From positions 9,822 through 73,821 of the forward strand of contig CAVTQE010000023.1 of the NCBI GenBank assembly GCA_963736755.1: a stretch of DNA of 64,000 bases, given 5' to 3'. This document shows positions 33,421 to 41,774 of the stretch, one piece after another. Source of the DNA: an uncultured delta proteobacterium. Lineage in GTDB: Bacteria; Desulfobacterota; WTBG01; JAGOGO01. Under the pieces are notes generated by a model. It was not told where the DNA came from and ran no database searches. It saw only the letters and a program-made list of their open reading frames with translations. Position 1 is the stretch's first letter. Each line of letters begins with the position of its first letter. A program made the translations under genes and the position numbers.

Positions 33421-33924
33421 ATGCCGGTTGCACAGTATCTCTGTGATAGTTGTGGTAAGGTTCTGGAAAAGATCATTTCAGAGAAATACCCGGCTAATAT
33501 GACCTATGCTCCCCCAAACACGACCAGCCATTTCTTTCAGTGCATGAATACCTCGTGTAATGCTAAATTTATTGCTTGCGAAGAAGAATCAGGGAAGCTA
33601 ACCTGGGATCTTAAAGATGAAGAAAACTTCAAAAGTATTTTAAAAAGCGTCAATGAACGGCAAGAACGCACGGTCCTCAAGGAGGAAAAGGAAAAATTGG
33701 CCCAGGAAAAGGCTCAGATTGAAAGAATGCTCAATGAAAATCCGCAAAAAATCTCGGTCATTAAAAAAGATATGGAAAATATCAAAATCCAGGTTAATAA
33801 CCTGACGGACGAATATGAAGAACGAAGTGTGCAAATTACCAATTTGGAGGAAGCCCTGAAAAAAGGGAGATTACGGTTGGAGGAAATTGAAAAAAGGCTT
33901 AGGGATTTAATCCATATTAAGTAA
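33421..33924 (+). CDS. Hypothetical zinc-ribbon plus coiled-coil protein
   Basis: 167 aa ORF, AGGAGG RBS, CDSCGK...CMNTSC Cys pairs, K/E-rich heptad-like C-terminal half. Confidence 0.5.
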   Translation: MPVAQYLCDSCGKVLEKIISEKYPANMTYAPPNTTSHFFQCMNTSCNAKFIACEEESGKLTWDLKDEENFKSILKSVNERQERTVLKEEKEKLAQEKAQIERMLNENPQKISVIKKDMENIKIQVNNLTDEYEERSVQITNLEEALKKGRLRLEEIEKRLRDLIHIK

Positions 33925-33936
33925 CTGATGTTGCAT

Positions 33937-34012
33937 CGGGGCGTAGCGCAGCCTGGTTTAGCGCACCTGAATGGGGTTCAGGGGGTCGGAGGTTCAAATC
34001 CTCTCGCCCCGA
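33937..34012 (+). tRNA. tRNA-Pro (anticodon GGG)
   Basis: Hand-folded cloverleaf: acceptor CGGGGCG/CGCCCCG, D stem GCGC/GCGC, anticodon stem CCTGA/TCAGG with loop ATGGGGT, T arm GGAGG-TTCAAAT-CCTCT; 76 nt. Confidence 0.9.
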
Positions 34013-34160
34013 TTATTTTTTTGCTACCATAACAACACAGGGCATCTGCCCTTGTCTTACCCAATGCAACAAAAGTATCGTTTTGTTGCTGGCCTGACCG
34101 CCATAGAGTCGCAAACTCAGGTTAGAAAAATTTGTCCACCTGGGCAGATATAACTATTCC

Positions 34161-34658
34161 TCATTGTTTTTCCCCGCATTTGTCGCAGAATTTTTTTGTC
34201 TCTTGCAACGCTGCTCCACAGGTTGAGCAGCGTTGCAAATCTTCGGTTGTCTGAGCGGCTTGGGTAAGTATTATTTGCACATCTTTACCGCAGGTGCTGC
34301 AAAATTTTTGCCCGGAGGTCAAACCTGCTCCGCATTCGCATACAGCTATTGATTTCATGCCTGTTGTGGCGAATGTTTCCTGCACTCTTTTTATCTCATT
34401 CTCAATCGTTACTATTTGGCGGTCTGTTACATTAATGGTCGAAAAAAGGTCTCTTATTTTTTGTTCACTATAATCACCCCTACGAAACAAATCATACACT
34501 AATCTCCCCAGCTCATTTATTTTATCATTCTTTTCCTTTTCAAGTTCCCTCAATTTGGCTCTCAGTTTCATAAGCTCAAGTGACCGGTATGACTTAGAGC
34601 TTATGGAACCTATTCCTTCAACAACTTTTTCTTTGACCTTTTCAATAAAATCTTGCAT
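34161..34658 (-). CDS. Hypothetical coiled-coil protein with two C-terminal zinc ribbons
   Basis: 165 aa ORF; CECGAG...CSTCGK and CSTCGAA...CDKCGE motifs. Confidence 0.5.
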   Translation of the reverse strand: MQDFIEKVKEKVVEGIGSISSKSYRSLELMKLRAKLRELEKEKNDKINELGRLVYDLFRRGDYSEQKIRDLFSTINVTDRQIVTIENEIKRVQETFATTGMKSIAVCECGAGLTSGQKFCSTCGKDVQIILTQAAQTTEDLQRCSTCGAALQETKKFCDKCGEKQ

Positions 34659-34986
34659 AAGTAACCACCTCTTTTCTTGTGCAAGTTTACTCCCACGCTC
34701 CTGACAAAGTTTTTTATTCGTTTCTTAAGACATTTTTAAGTGTATTTCCTTCCGGAGTCGTCTTTGTTCATGGTGTCACCTCTTTTTTGCTACTATTTTA
34801 TTATAGCATTTCCGGGAATTGATAGAATAACTTTTTATCCCCTTTCTTTTTTCACCCTTTTGATAAAAGCTCTGAACCAAAATCATAGATAATGAGCTTT
34901 TTAGTTAAGAAATTTTAAATCGAATAGTTTTTGCAGTAGACCGACTAAAACAGGCCAAACTTTTTGATTGAAAAGAAAGTAATAAA

Positions 34987-35012
34987 GAACCCCCGCATTT
35001 CTGCGAGGGTTC
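34987..35012 (-). terminator. Probable terminator hairpin downstream of the 44-aa ORF
   Basis: gaacccccgca / tttc / tgcgagggttc; on the minus strand it is followed by tttatt. Confidence 0.45.
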
Positions 35013-35079
35013 GAGATGAGGAGAAATTGATGGTTTTATCCTCTAAATGTTTATACTATTTTTTGAACAACAAGTCTGT

Positions 35080-35214
35080 TTAAAAAAGAAATTTCGTACA
35101 GCCTAAAGGCTCAACTGTCTTGCCGGCGGTGACATCTTTCAATTTGTTATGCTTGGTTAAGACCATCTTGGTATATTTTTTCTTCTCCTGCTTTTTCTCT
35201 TTTTCCTTTTGCAT
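35080..35214 (-). CDS. Small Lys-rich 44-aa peptide (possible modified-peptide precursor)
   Basis: GGGAGG 6 nt upstream of ATG 35214. MQKEKEKKQEKKKYTKMVLTKHNKLKDVTAGKTVEPLGCTKFLF; has its own terminator. Confidence 0.45.
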   Translation of the reverse strand: MQKEKEKKQEKKKYTKMVLTKHNKLKDVTAGKTVEPLGCTKFLF

Positions 35215-35363
35215 GGTTTTCCTCCCCTGATTATGGATTTTGCTAAAAATATATTTAATTCTTTTCCTTTCAATCAGCCAAAAACAACTTCTTTTTGGTT
35301 GATATTTCATCAACTTTTAACTGTTAAAAGGGAAAGAGTCAACACTATTAATTTTCTCTATAA

Positions 35364-35388
35364 CCTATACGCCTGAGCGGAGTCCCTC
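35364..35388. repeat. 25-nt exact repeat cctatacgcctgagcggagtccctc, copy 1 (similarity extends to about 60 nt)
   Basis: Identical 25-mer at 40939-40963; the flanks ttaatttt...ta...cctatac are also similar. Confidence 0.8.
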
Positions 35389-35414
35389 CCAGGTCATACT
35401 GTTTCAAATTCCAC

Positions 35415-36416
35415 CTATATCCATCCATACTCTACATACCATCGCGCGGTTTCCCTCACTCCATCCCATAAAGAATACGTTGGCTTAAATCCAAATTCTT
35501 CCAATGCCTTGGTGCCATCACAAACCCAGTGCAAAGGTCCTCTTATTGATGCGGATCGACCGGTTGTTGAACATTGTTTGGCCTTATGCCTAAGGCTTTC
35601 TTTAAAAAGGTTTCTTACCTTCAACAAGATAGAAGGGACCGCGATCCTAAGTACCTTCTTGTCAAGTGCCTTTGCCGTCAGTCTGCAGATTTCATCATAT
35701 GTTGTGGGCTCTTCGTTACATAACATATAAATACGGCCGTCAGTATCATTTGTTTCAGCCGCTTTTATGAGTCCAGCTGCCAAGTCCTTGACATAGATAA
35801 TACTTTGATATCTTAATCCCGATCGTCTGGTCAGGTAAAATCCTCGATTGACCATTTTCATATAGGGTAACACCGTTATCGGGTTTCGATCCCGGGGGCC
35901 AAAAACAAGTGGTGGTCGAAGTATGGTCAAAGGTATCTTGCTGGTGTAAACCAGTGCGATCTTTTCTCCTCCTAGTTTGCTCATTCCATAGGCATCGATC
36001 GGCATGCAAGGGGACTCTTCCGTTAGCCGTTCCGGACTGTTTCGTGGGCCAACAGCAGAAATGCTCGATACATGAATCACTTTTGCCAGACTATTCTCAT
36101 ATTGGCAACAGGCATCCAGCAAGTTTTGTGTACCTGCTTCGTTCACACGAAAAAACTCTTCTTCTGTGGCATGTTTGTGGTGAATCGCAGCGAGATGGAA
36201 AACATAATTTGCTCCTTTTAGTGCACGCTCGAGAGATGCCTTTTCCAAAACATCGCCATAAACGACTTCGACCTTTTCGTTTGGTACACATTGAAGATCT
36301 GAATCCCTTCTGGTGAAACACCTCACATGGTAACCCCTTTTAAGCAGCAGATCCACGAGATGACTACCCACAAAACCCGCGCCACCTGTTACCAAAGCTG
36401 TTTTTTTTACTATCAT
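35415..36416 (-). CDS. NAD-dependent epimerase/dehydratase (extended SDR)
   Basis: [15 protein letters not shown] Rossmann motif, YGMSK catalytic motif. Start moved to MIVKKT (36416). Confidence 0.85.
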   Translation of the reverse strand: MIVKKTALVTGGAGFVGSHLVDLLLKRGYHVRCFTRRDSDLQCVPNEKVEVVYGDVLEKASLERALKGANYVFHLAAIHHKHATEEEFFRVNEAGTQNLLDACCQYENSLAKVIHVSSISAVGPRNSPERLTEESPCMPIDAYGMSKLGGEKIALVYTSKIPLTILRPPLVFGPRDRNPITVLPYMKMVNRGFYLTRRSGLRYQSIIYVKDLAAGLIKAAETNDTDGRIYMLCNEEPTTYDEICRLTAKALDKKVLRIAVPSILLKVRNLFKESLRHKAKQCSTTGRSASIRGPLHWVCDGTKALEEFGFKPTYSLWDGVRETARWYVEYGWI

Positions 36417-36578
36417 CGCAGCACAGCCTTTTGATGGTATTGTCCTGTCCGGTCTAAAGCAACCCATTACAACTTTGGAAGATCTTTTCAACTCAATCAG
36501 TTTAACATAATGTCAACGACTGCATAGACACCCACTTTTATGGGCTTACCATAGCTATCCGGTCCAGAATTGCAAATC

Positions 36579-37790
36579 TTAGTCTAGAGAAAACGCTCCC
36601 GGTACTTCATCTAAAGATCTTCTTTCGTATTGCAAGACTTCTTGATCAAAACCCTTCGGAGCCCAAGCATAAAGATGCATTATGCCGGGAGTATGATAGC
36701 GTTTTTTGAGTTGTTCCATGTATTTTAAATGAATAGGGGCTTGATCGGCTAGAAAAAGTAGGCTGGACAACCCGCCTTTATCAAAAAAAATCAGATGCTG
36801 CTCCAGGAGCCCCTTCCCTATGGTTTTGTTTGGGTCGTGAATCCGTACCCCCAGTATTTTATATTGTTTCTTATTTGGCACCAGAGTTGATCCCCATAGG
36901 TTTTTGTATCTGATCAGTCCACCATCTAAGAAGGGCCGGGATTTTCCGAAATCTATACTTGAACACTTCTTTTCATACGCAATTAAAATACAATAGTAGT
37001 AAAGGGCGTCAAAAGCGCCTTCGTTCAGATACTCCAATTTCCCCTTTTCGACGCCCACGAGTTCGAAGACCAGTGTATTATTTCGCACTCTGCAAATGGC
37101 TGCCGCCATCCGCTGGTCTTCTTTTTGAACAACGACAAGAAAACCGGTTTCTATGAGCCGTTTGACTTTTTGATAACTGTCTATAATTGCACGTTCCCCA
37201 AACCTTTTGGTTATGTAAGGACGATACATTTCGAAATAAAAATGGTCTAAGGCCGCTCTATCAAATAAGACACTCCAAGTATACTTGAGATCACAGACTT
37301 TTTGAATTTTTCGGAGTGCATTCCCCCGGAATTGTTTTTTAATCCCTTGAAACACGTTTGAAAAATACAGAATTGATTTTACATGGTCTGGGGTATTAAG
37401 AAATCCTTTTAGCCCTGAAAGGCGATAAAAGACCAAATTAATATGAACGATCGTTAAATCTCGTGTTATCTTGGTCTGTTCCAAAAAGCGAAAGATCTGC
37501 CAGAAAAAAAGATGTCCGAGAGGTAATGACGATAATACCGTTGCACCGGAAAAATCCATGACAAACTCTTTTTGCCCCTTTTTTCCAATGTAGAGGATAA
37601 ATAAAGGTTCCTTAACCGGATTCAATTGGCAGTAAAAAATTAAAGCGTCGACCCGAATATCCAACAAAAATGAAATTATAGACTTTAACAGATAAATAAT
37701 AGGTTCCGTAAGAGTCAAAATTCGCCAGGGTAATCGGTCGTAAATTCCAAGGAGAAACTCTTTTAACCGTATAATGTGATTTGTTTGCAT
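36579..37790 (-). CDS. Hypothetical protein, possibly FemAB/CelD-like acyltransferase fold
   Basis: ORF 36579-38057 overlaps the upstream rSAM gene by 250 nt, so the start was moved to MQTNH (37790). The family assignment is only an impression. Confidence 0.3.
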   Translation of the reverse strand: MQTNHIIRLKEFLLGIYDRLPWRILTLTEPIIYLLKSIISFLLDIRVDALIFYCQLNPVKEPLFILYIGKKGQKEFVMDFSGATVLSSLPLGHLFFWQIFRFLEQTKITRDLTIVHINLVFYRLSGLKGFLNTPDHVKSILYFSNVFQGIKKQFRGNALRKIQKVCDLKYTWSVLFDRAALDHFYFEMYRPYITKRFGERAIIDSYQKVKRLIETGFLVVVQKEDQRMAAAICRVRNNTLVFELVGVEKGKLEYLNEGAFDALYYYCILIAYEKKCSSIDFGKSRPFLDGGLIRYKNLWGSTLVPNKKQYKILGVRIHDPNKTIGKGLLEQHLIFFDKGGLSSLLFLADQAPIHLKYMEQLKKRYHTPGIMHLYAWAPKGFDQEVLQYERRSLDEVPGAFSLD

Positions 37791-37806
37791 GCTTTCCAAG
37801 TTAACG

Positions 37807-38898
37807 TCATGAGCAGAAGCTTTTATAGCAGTACTGTGCGTTGAGCACTCGACAGCCCCAACACCCACCGCCGCAAGCACTAAGAAATTTACAGCTAAGG
37901 CAACCTTCAGGGTACCTCGGATGTCTGAATTCCTGAAATCCTTCTTCCCAAATGGATTTAAAGCGTTTTTCCCTGACATTACCTTGGGAGAACCGAATGT
38001 CTGAGGTGATATTGCAGGGCAAAACTTCACCGTCCGGGTTGATAGCACAGCATTCACGGCCTGCTCGGCAGAAAAAGGGTTCGGAGGTAACCTCTTGAAA
38101 ATGGTTTTTTAGATACCCCGTATGAGACATAAGTTCAACAGGGCAGTAGGCTCGCAGTTTTTTTACCATGTCAATGAGTTCCAAGATTTCAGCTTCTACA
38201 AAGTTATTTGCGGAAAGTTGACTCGCGCGTCCTATTGGAATGAGCATTCCCAGCACCCAGTTTGTCGCCGATGAGTTTACGACATGCTCTGCCAAGTCTT
38301 TTATGTGGGAGACATTGTTTGGGAAGACAGTTGTGTTTATTTCACGGACTTTGACGCCGATCTTTTTAAAAATTTCCAGGGCCTTTAATGAGCTGGCAAA
38401 GGCACCCGCTTTCCCTCTCACAGCGTCATTTCTTTCCCCGACGTCGTCAATGCTTGTAACCACCCGGTCGATTCTTAATTCAGACAGCTCTTTTTGGTAT
38501 TTTTCGACCAAATATCCATTGGTTGCCAACGTGATGCGTGGAATACCGACTTTATCGGCATAGCGTAAAATATCAAACACATCATCCCTGACAAGCGGTT
38601 CTCCGCCTGTAAAGATAAGATGCCGGACTCCTGTCTCCTTGATGTCATCAATGATTTTTAAAACCTCTGTATATGATAACTGGCGAACATCCCTTCTACA
38701 CGCATCCACCTGGCATTGTTTACAATTAAAGTTACAGTCAAAGGTCAATAAGAAATGCACATAGCGGGGTAATTTAACAAGTGGAAGTGCCTGCCCAATG
38801 CGGCAAATACGTAAGCGAATATCGGCATAGTGATCAAAATAGTACTGTTTTAGAGGAGGTGCCAATTTCAGAAAACGATCGACGAATGACAAAAACAT
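37807..38898 (-). CDS. Radical SAM protein with C-terminal SPASM-like Cys-rich domain
   Basis: CNFNCKQC (CxxxCxxC), GGEPL, C-terminal CRAGRECCAINPDG...CLSCKFLSACGGGCWGC. Confidence 0.85.
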   Translation of the reverse strand: MFLSFVDRFLKLAPPLKQYYFDHYADIRLRICRIGQALPLVKLPRYVHFLLTFDCNFNCKQCQVDACRRDVRQLSYTEVLKIIDDIKETGVRHLIFTGGEPLVRDDVFDILRYADKVGIPRITLATNGYLVEKYQKELSELRIDRVVTSIDDVGERNDAVRGKAGAFASSLKALEIFKKIGVKVREINTTVFPNNVSHIKDLAEHVVNSSATNWVLGMLIPIGRASQLSANNFVEAEILELIDMVKKLRAYCPVELMSHTGYLKNHFQEVTSEPFFCRAGRECCAINPDGEVLPCNITSDIRFSQGNVREKRFKSIWEEGFQEFRHPRYPEGCLSCKFLSACGGGCWGCRVLNAQYCYKSFCS

Positions 38899-39038
38899 AA
38901 TAATTTTCCTCCGGATGAATAAAGCCCGGAGCTTTATTGAATGTACAATATTCAGTCAAATGACTGACCGCTAAGTCCAGTTCCATCAAGGTGTTGTTTT
39001 TATTGCACAGCAAAATGAGGTCACTATCGTTTCATATT

Positions 39039-40097
39039 TCAAAGCCAACGTATCCCAATCATATGTTGTCTCAATCCAGCGCCTGGCATTTTTCCCCATC
39101 TGATGTCTAAGGCGTCATCCTCCAGTAAAGTAATAATTGCCGCGGCAACCCCTGCCGGTGAGTTCTCGGCTTTTAAGAAACTATCTTCCGGTAATATATC
39201 ATTGCTTATGCCCATCTTTTTTGTACCATAATCAGGAATGACAACCGCCTTACCACAAGCCATGTATTCATAGATTACTAAGGCTGAACTGTCAGGCAGC
39301 GGAAACAGACATACGTCGGCACATGTGATCAGTCCTGGAATTTTATCCGGATCCATAAACCCTAGAAATATTACTTGGCTGTGTATATGTAAAGAGTTGC
39401 AGAGATTTGTCAGCCTTTCTTTTTCATCCCCATCGCCAACCAATACGAACCTTGCCTCAGAAAATCGCTGCAACACAAGCGCCATGGCGTGAATCAGCAA
39501 ATCAACATTATAATATTTGTTCAACCTCCCCACATATTGAATAATTGGATGTTTCTGATGCAGGAGATCATGGGGGAGAGGACCCGGAGGGACGTCAGGG
39601 CTGAATTTTTTGGTGTCGGTGCCATTTGGGATTAGGACTATTCTTTCCGCCTTAACACCAACCCCAGAGCAAAATCGTCTTTTGTGCTCATCGACAACCA
39701 GGACAATATCAGCAAATCGGGGTAATATTTTTTCCAGAAGCTCAATTAAATAATACCTCAATGAAAAGCCGTCATGCCGAGCAATCATAGAATAGTCATC
39801 AATAAAATCAATCACTAAAGGAATTTGGTAAACCATTTTGATGAGGACCGCAGCAACCGCCGATTCAATGCTATCAGCCATGATGACATCGGCTTTGACC
39901 TTTCTAAACCGGATAACTCCTAAAAAAATCCCCAGGCCATACGAAACATATTCGTTAAGAAAATTGACAGGATGCAAATTAAATTGATCGATCTGATGAC
40001 CTCGCTTTGCAAGGCGCCCAAGAAGGTGAAACTCTCTTTGTAGAAACCGTAGCCCACTTGTCTTCAAAGGGGGTCTCGCTATTCTACAGAGTTTCAT
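39039..40097 (-). CDS. Family-4 (GT1-fold) glycosyltransferase
   Basis: 352 aa ORF; ...IQYVGRLNKYYNVDLLIHAMALV...FVLVGDGDEKERL...FLGF...FPL... is typical of GT4 C-terminal domains. Confidence 0.7.
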   Translation of the reverse strand: MKLCRIARPPLKTSGLRFLQREFHLLGRLAKRGHQIDQFNLHPVNFLNEYVSYGLGIFLGVIRFRKVKADVIMADSIESAVAAVLIKMVYQIPLVIDFIDDYSMIARHDGFSLRYYLIELLEKILPRFADIVLVVDEHKRRFCSGVGVKAERIVLIPNGTDTKKFSPDVPPGPLPHDLLHQKHPIIQYVGRLNKYYNVDLLIHAMALVLQRFSEARFVLVGDGDEKERLTNLCNSLHIHSQVIFLGFMDPDKIPGLITCADVCLFPLPDSSALVIYEYMACGKAVVIPDYGTKKMGISNDILPEDSFLKAENSPAGVAAAIITLLEDDALDIRWGKMPGAGLRQHMIGIRWL

Positions 40098-40465
40098 TCC
40101 GTTGTTTCCTATTGCTGTGCTTCATACACATTGTCCTCATCATATCAGGCTGGTCGTCTAGCCATGTCTTCTTGATGCTGGTCATATCAAAATACGACAT
40201 TTCGGGCCAATCTGCAATGATACATCATATACAATGAGGCAAGACTTGTCAGTACTGTCAGAATGTGCTCGCTACAAAGGAACAACATGCGCCGGAACTA
40301 CGTATAGTTATAGATAAGAAATTCTCAAATTAATTAGGCTAAACCTGAAAATTTTGATGTCAAAAGCACCGATTAAGCAATCAGGCGTAAAATGCTCAAG
40401 GCAAATCGTCACCTTAACCCCAGCTAGTGTACTGCGTCCAACACTTCTTTACATAAATTTCCGGG

Positions 40466-40534
40466 ACGTCATTCCCGCGAACAGCGGGAATCCAGCTAAA
40501 AACACTGGATTCCGGGTCAAGCCCGGAATGACAA
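40466..40534. repeat. REP-like double-hairpin element
   Basis: attcccgc-gaaca-gcgggaat (40471-40491) and attccggg-tcaag-cccggaat (40509-40529), bracketed by gtcatt/aatgac. Confidence 0.7.
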
Positions 40535-40938
40535 ATAAAGTAAAGACATTTATGACGCACTACACTAGGTGTGGCGTGCACTGGGTAAAGGTTCATGAAA
40601 CAGATGTTCCTTACGGGCTCATTTTACCTTAGAAATGCCTTTAAAAGCTTTGAAAATTCCATTTCTTGGGAAGATGTTTTTCATAAGCTAAAAGAAAGGT
40701 CAATCTAATTATGCAAAAAAACCATAAACATCTTTATATCTCCAAGTCATAGATAAGAGCCCTAATTCTCTTAGAATAATATGTTTTTTTCGATTGGTTG
40801 GGACCATTTTGACCAGTCCCGAAAGATGAATCATATTTAGAGTTAGAATTCTACAATTTAATGTTTTTCAATTTGCCTGGTTTCAAAGGCCGGGAAAGGC
40901 CAAAAGGATTAACTCAAGACTTTTAATTTTCCTTTTAC

Positions 40939-40963
40939 CCTATACGCCTGAGCGGAGTCCCTC
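40939..40963. repeat. 25-nt exact repeat cctatacgcctgagcggagtccctc, copy 2
   Basis: Identical to 35364-35388. Confidence 0.8.
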
Positions 40964-41164
40964 TCGGGTCGGGGAAAATTCCCTGTAGATTTTTTCGGAA
41001 AAGAATTTTTTTTTTAAAATAGACTTGTTCACCTCAATAAAAACCTGCCACGAATTGTGACCCTTTTACTGTATGGTTTTTGTATAGTAGAACAGACTAA
41101 AAGTGAACCATTCCCGAAGCCAATTTTTCCAAACAAACTTAAAAACAATGGAACCAAATTTTAA

Positions 41165-41212
41165 TGAATGGGGTTCAGGGGGTCGGAGGTTCAAATCCTC
41201 TCGCCCCGATTA
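41165..41212 (+). repeat. 48-bp duplicate of the 3' part of tRNA-Pro (att-like)
   Basis: tgaatggggttcagggggtcggaggttcaaatcctctcgccccgatta is identical to 33968-34015. Confidence 0.9.
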
Positions 41213-41235
41213 AACAAATATCTTTATTTAGTATT

Positions 41236-41274
41236 AATCCCCTATAAATGGATTTATAAGGGATTATTTTTTTT
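41236..41274 (+). terminator. Hairpin plus T-run after the tRNA-fragment repeat
   Basis: aatcccctataaat / gg / atttataagggatt, followed by atttttttt. Confidence 0.5.
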
Positions 41275-41448
41275 GTTGCTTTCTTGTCTGGGTGAAACCC
41301 CTATGCCTGGGAATTTCTCCCATAAAAATGAGATGATTGTCCTATAGACAACAGTCTAAAATCTTATTACCATTTCTCTCCGAAAACAAAACACAAAAAT
41401 TTTTAAACTGGAGGTGAAGTAAAGAACCCCGGGCGTCCGCACAGGGCA

Positions 41449-41768
41449 TTAAAAATCAAATTCTAATTGTTTAGGTGTTTTCTCTTCATGTCGATGATAT
41501 TCTATATATTTCTTTATCGTCTCACTGGTTACTTTGTCCCCTACCGTCCTGACAAAATATCCATCTTCCCAGAATTCTCCTCCCCACAGCTCCTTCTTTA
41601 CCCTTGGATACCTCCAAAATTTCCTTCGCACTTACGCGCTCTTCAGCACCCTCACCGTTTCCCCTACAGAATATCTCGGCGGTATGCTCGCAAATATGTG
41701 CACGTGATCGCCCGCTATCTCCATTTCTATCACTTCACAGTCCCTTGCTGCCAATATCTCTTTAAACA
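41449..41768 (-). pseudogene. IS200/IS605-family (Y1, HUH) transposase TnpA remnant
   Basis: Own translation: ...EMEIAGDHVHIFASIPPRYSVGETVRVLKSA*VRRKFWRYPRVKKELWGGEFWEDGYFVRTVGDKVTSETIKKYIEYH... It has an HxH motif, an in-frame TAA, and the N-terminus is missing. Confidence 0.7.
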
Positions 41769-41774
41769 ACTATT

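Larger units (their letters stand above)
34016..41212. mobile_element. Putative integrated island bounded by tRNA-Pro and a 48-bp direct repeat of its 3' end (no integrase gene left inside)
   Basis: 33968-34015 is identical to 41165-41212. The interior carries accessory sugar and radical-SAM genes and a REP-like element. Confidence 0.5.

Noticed and set aside
37790-38057. The 492-aa version of ORF 36579-38057
   Set aside because: Its first 89 codons overlap the 3' end of the rSAM gene in another frame and have no RBS, so the start was moved to ATG 37790.
41631-41640. In-frame TAA in the IS200-like TnpA as a recoding site
   Set aside because: The gene also lacks its N-terminus and start codon; simple decay is sufficient to explain it.
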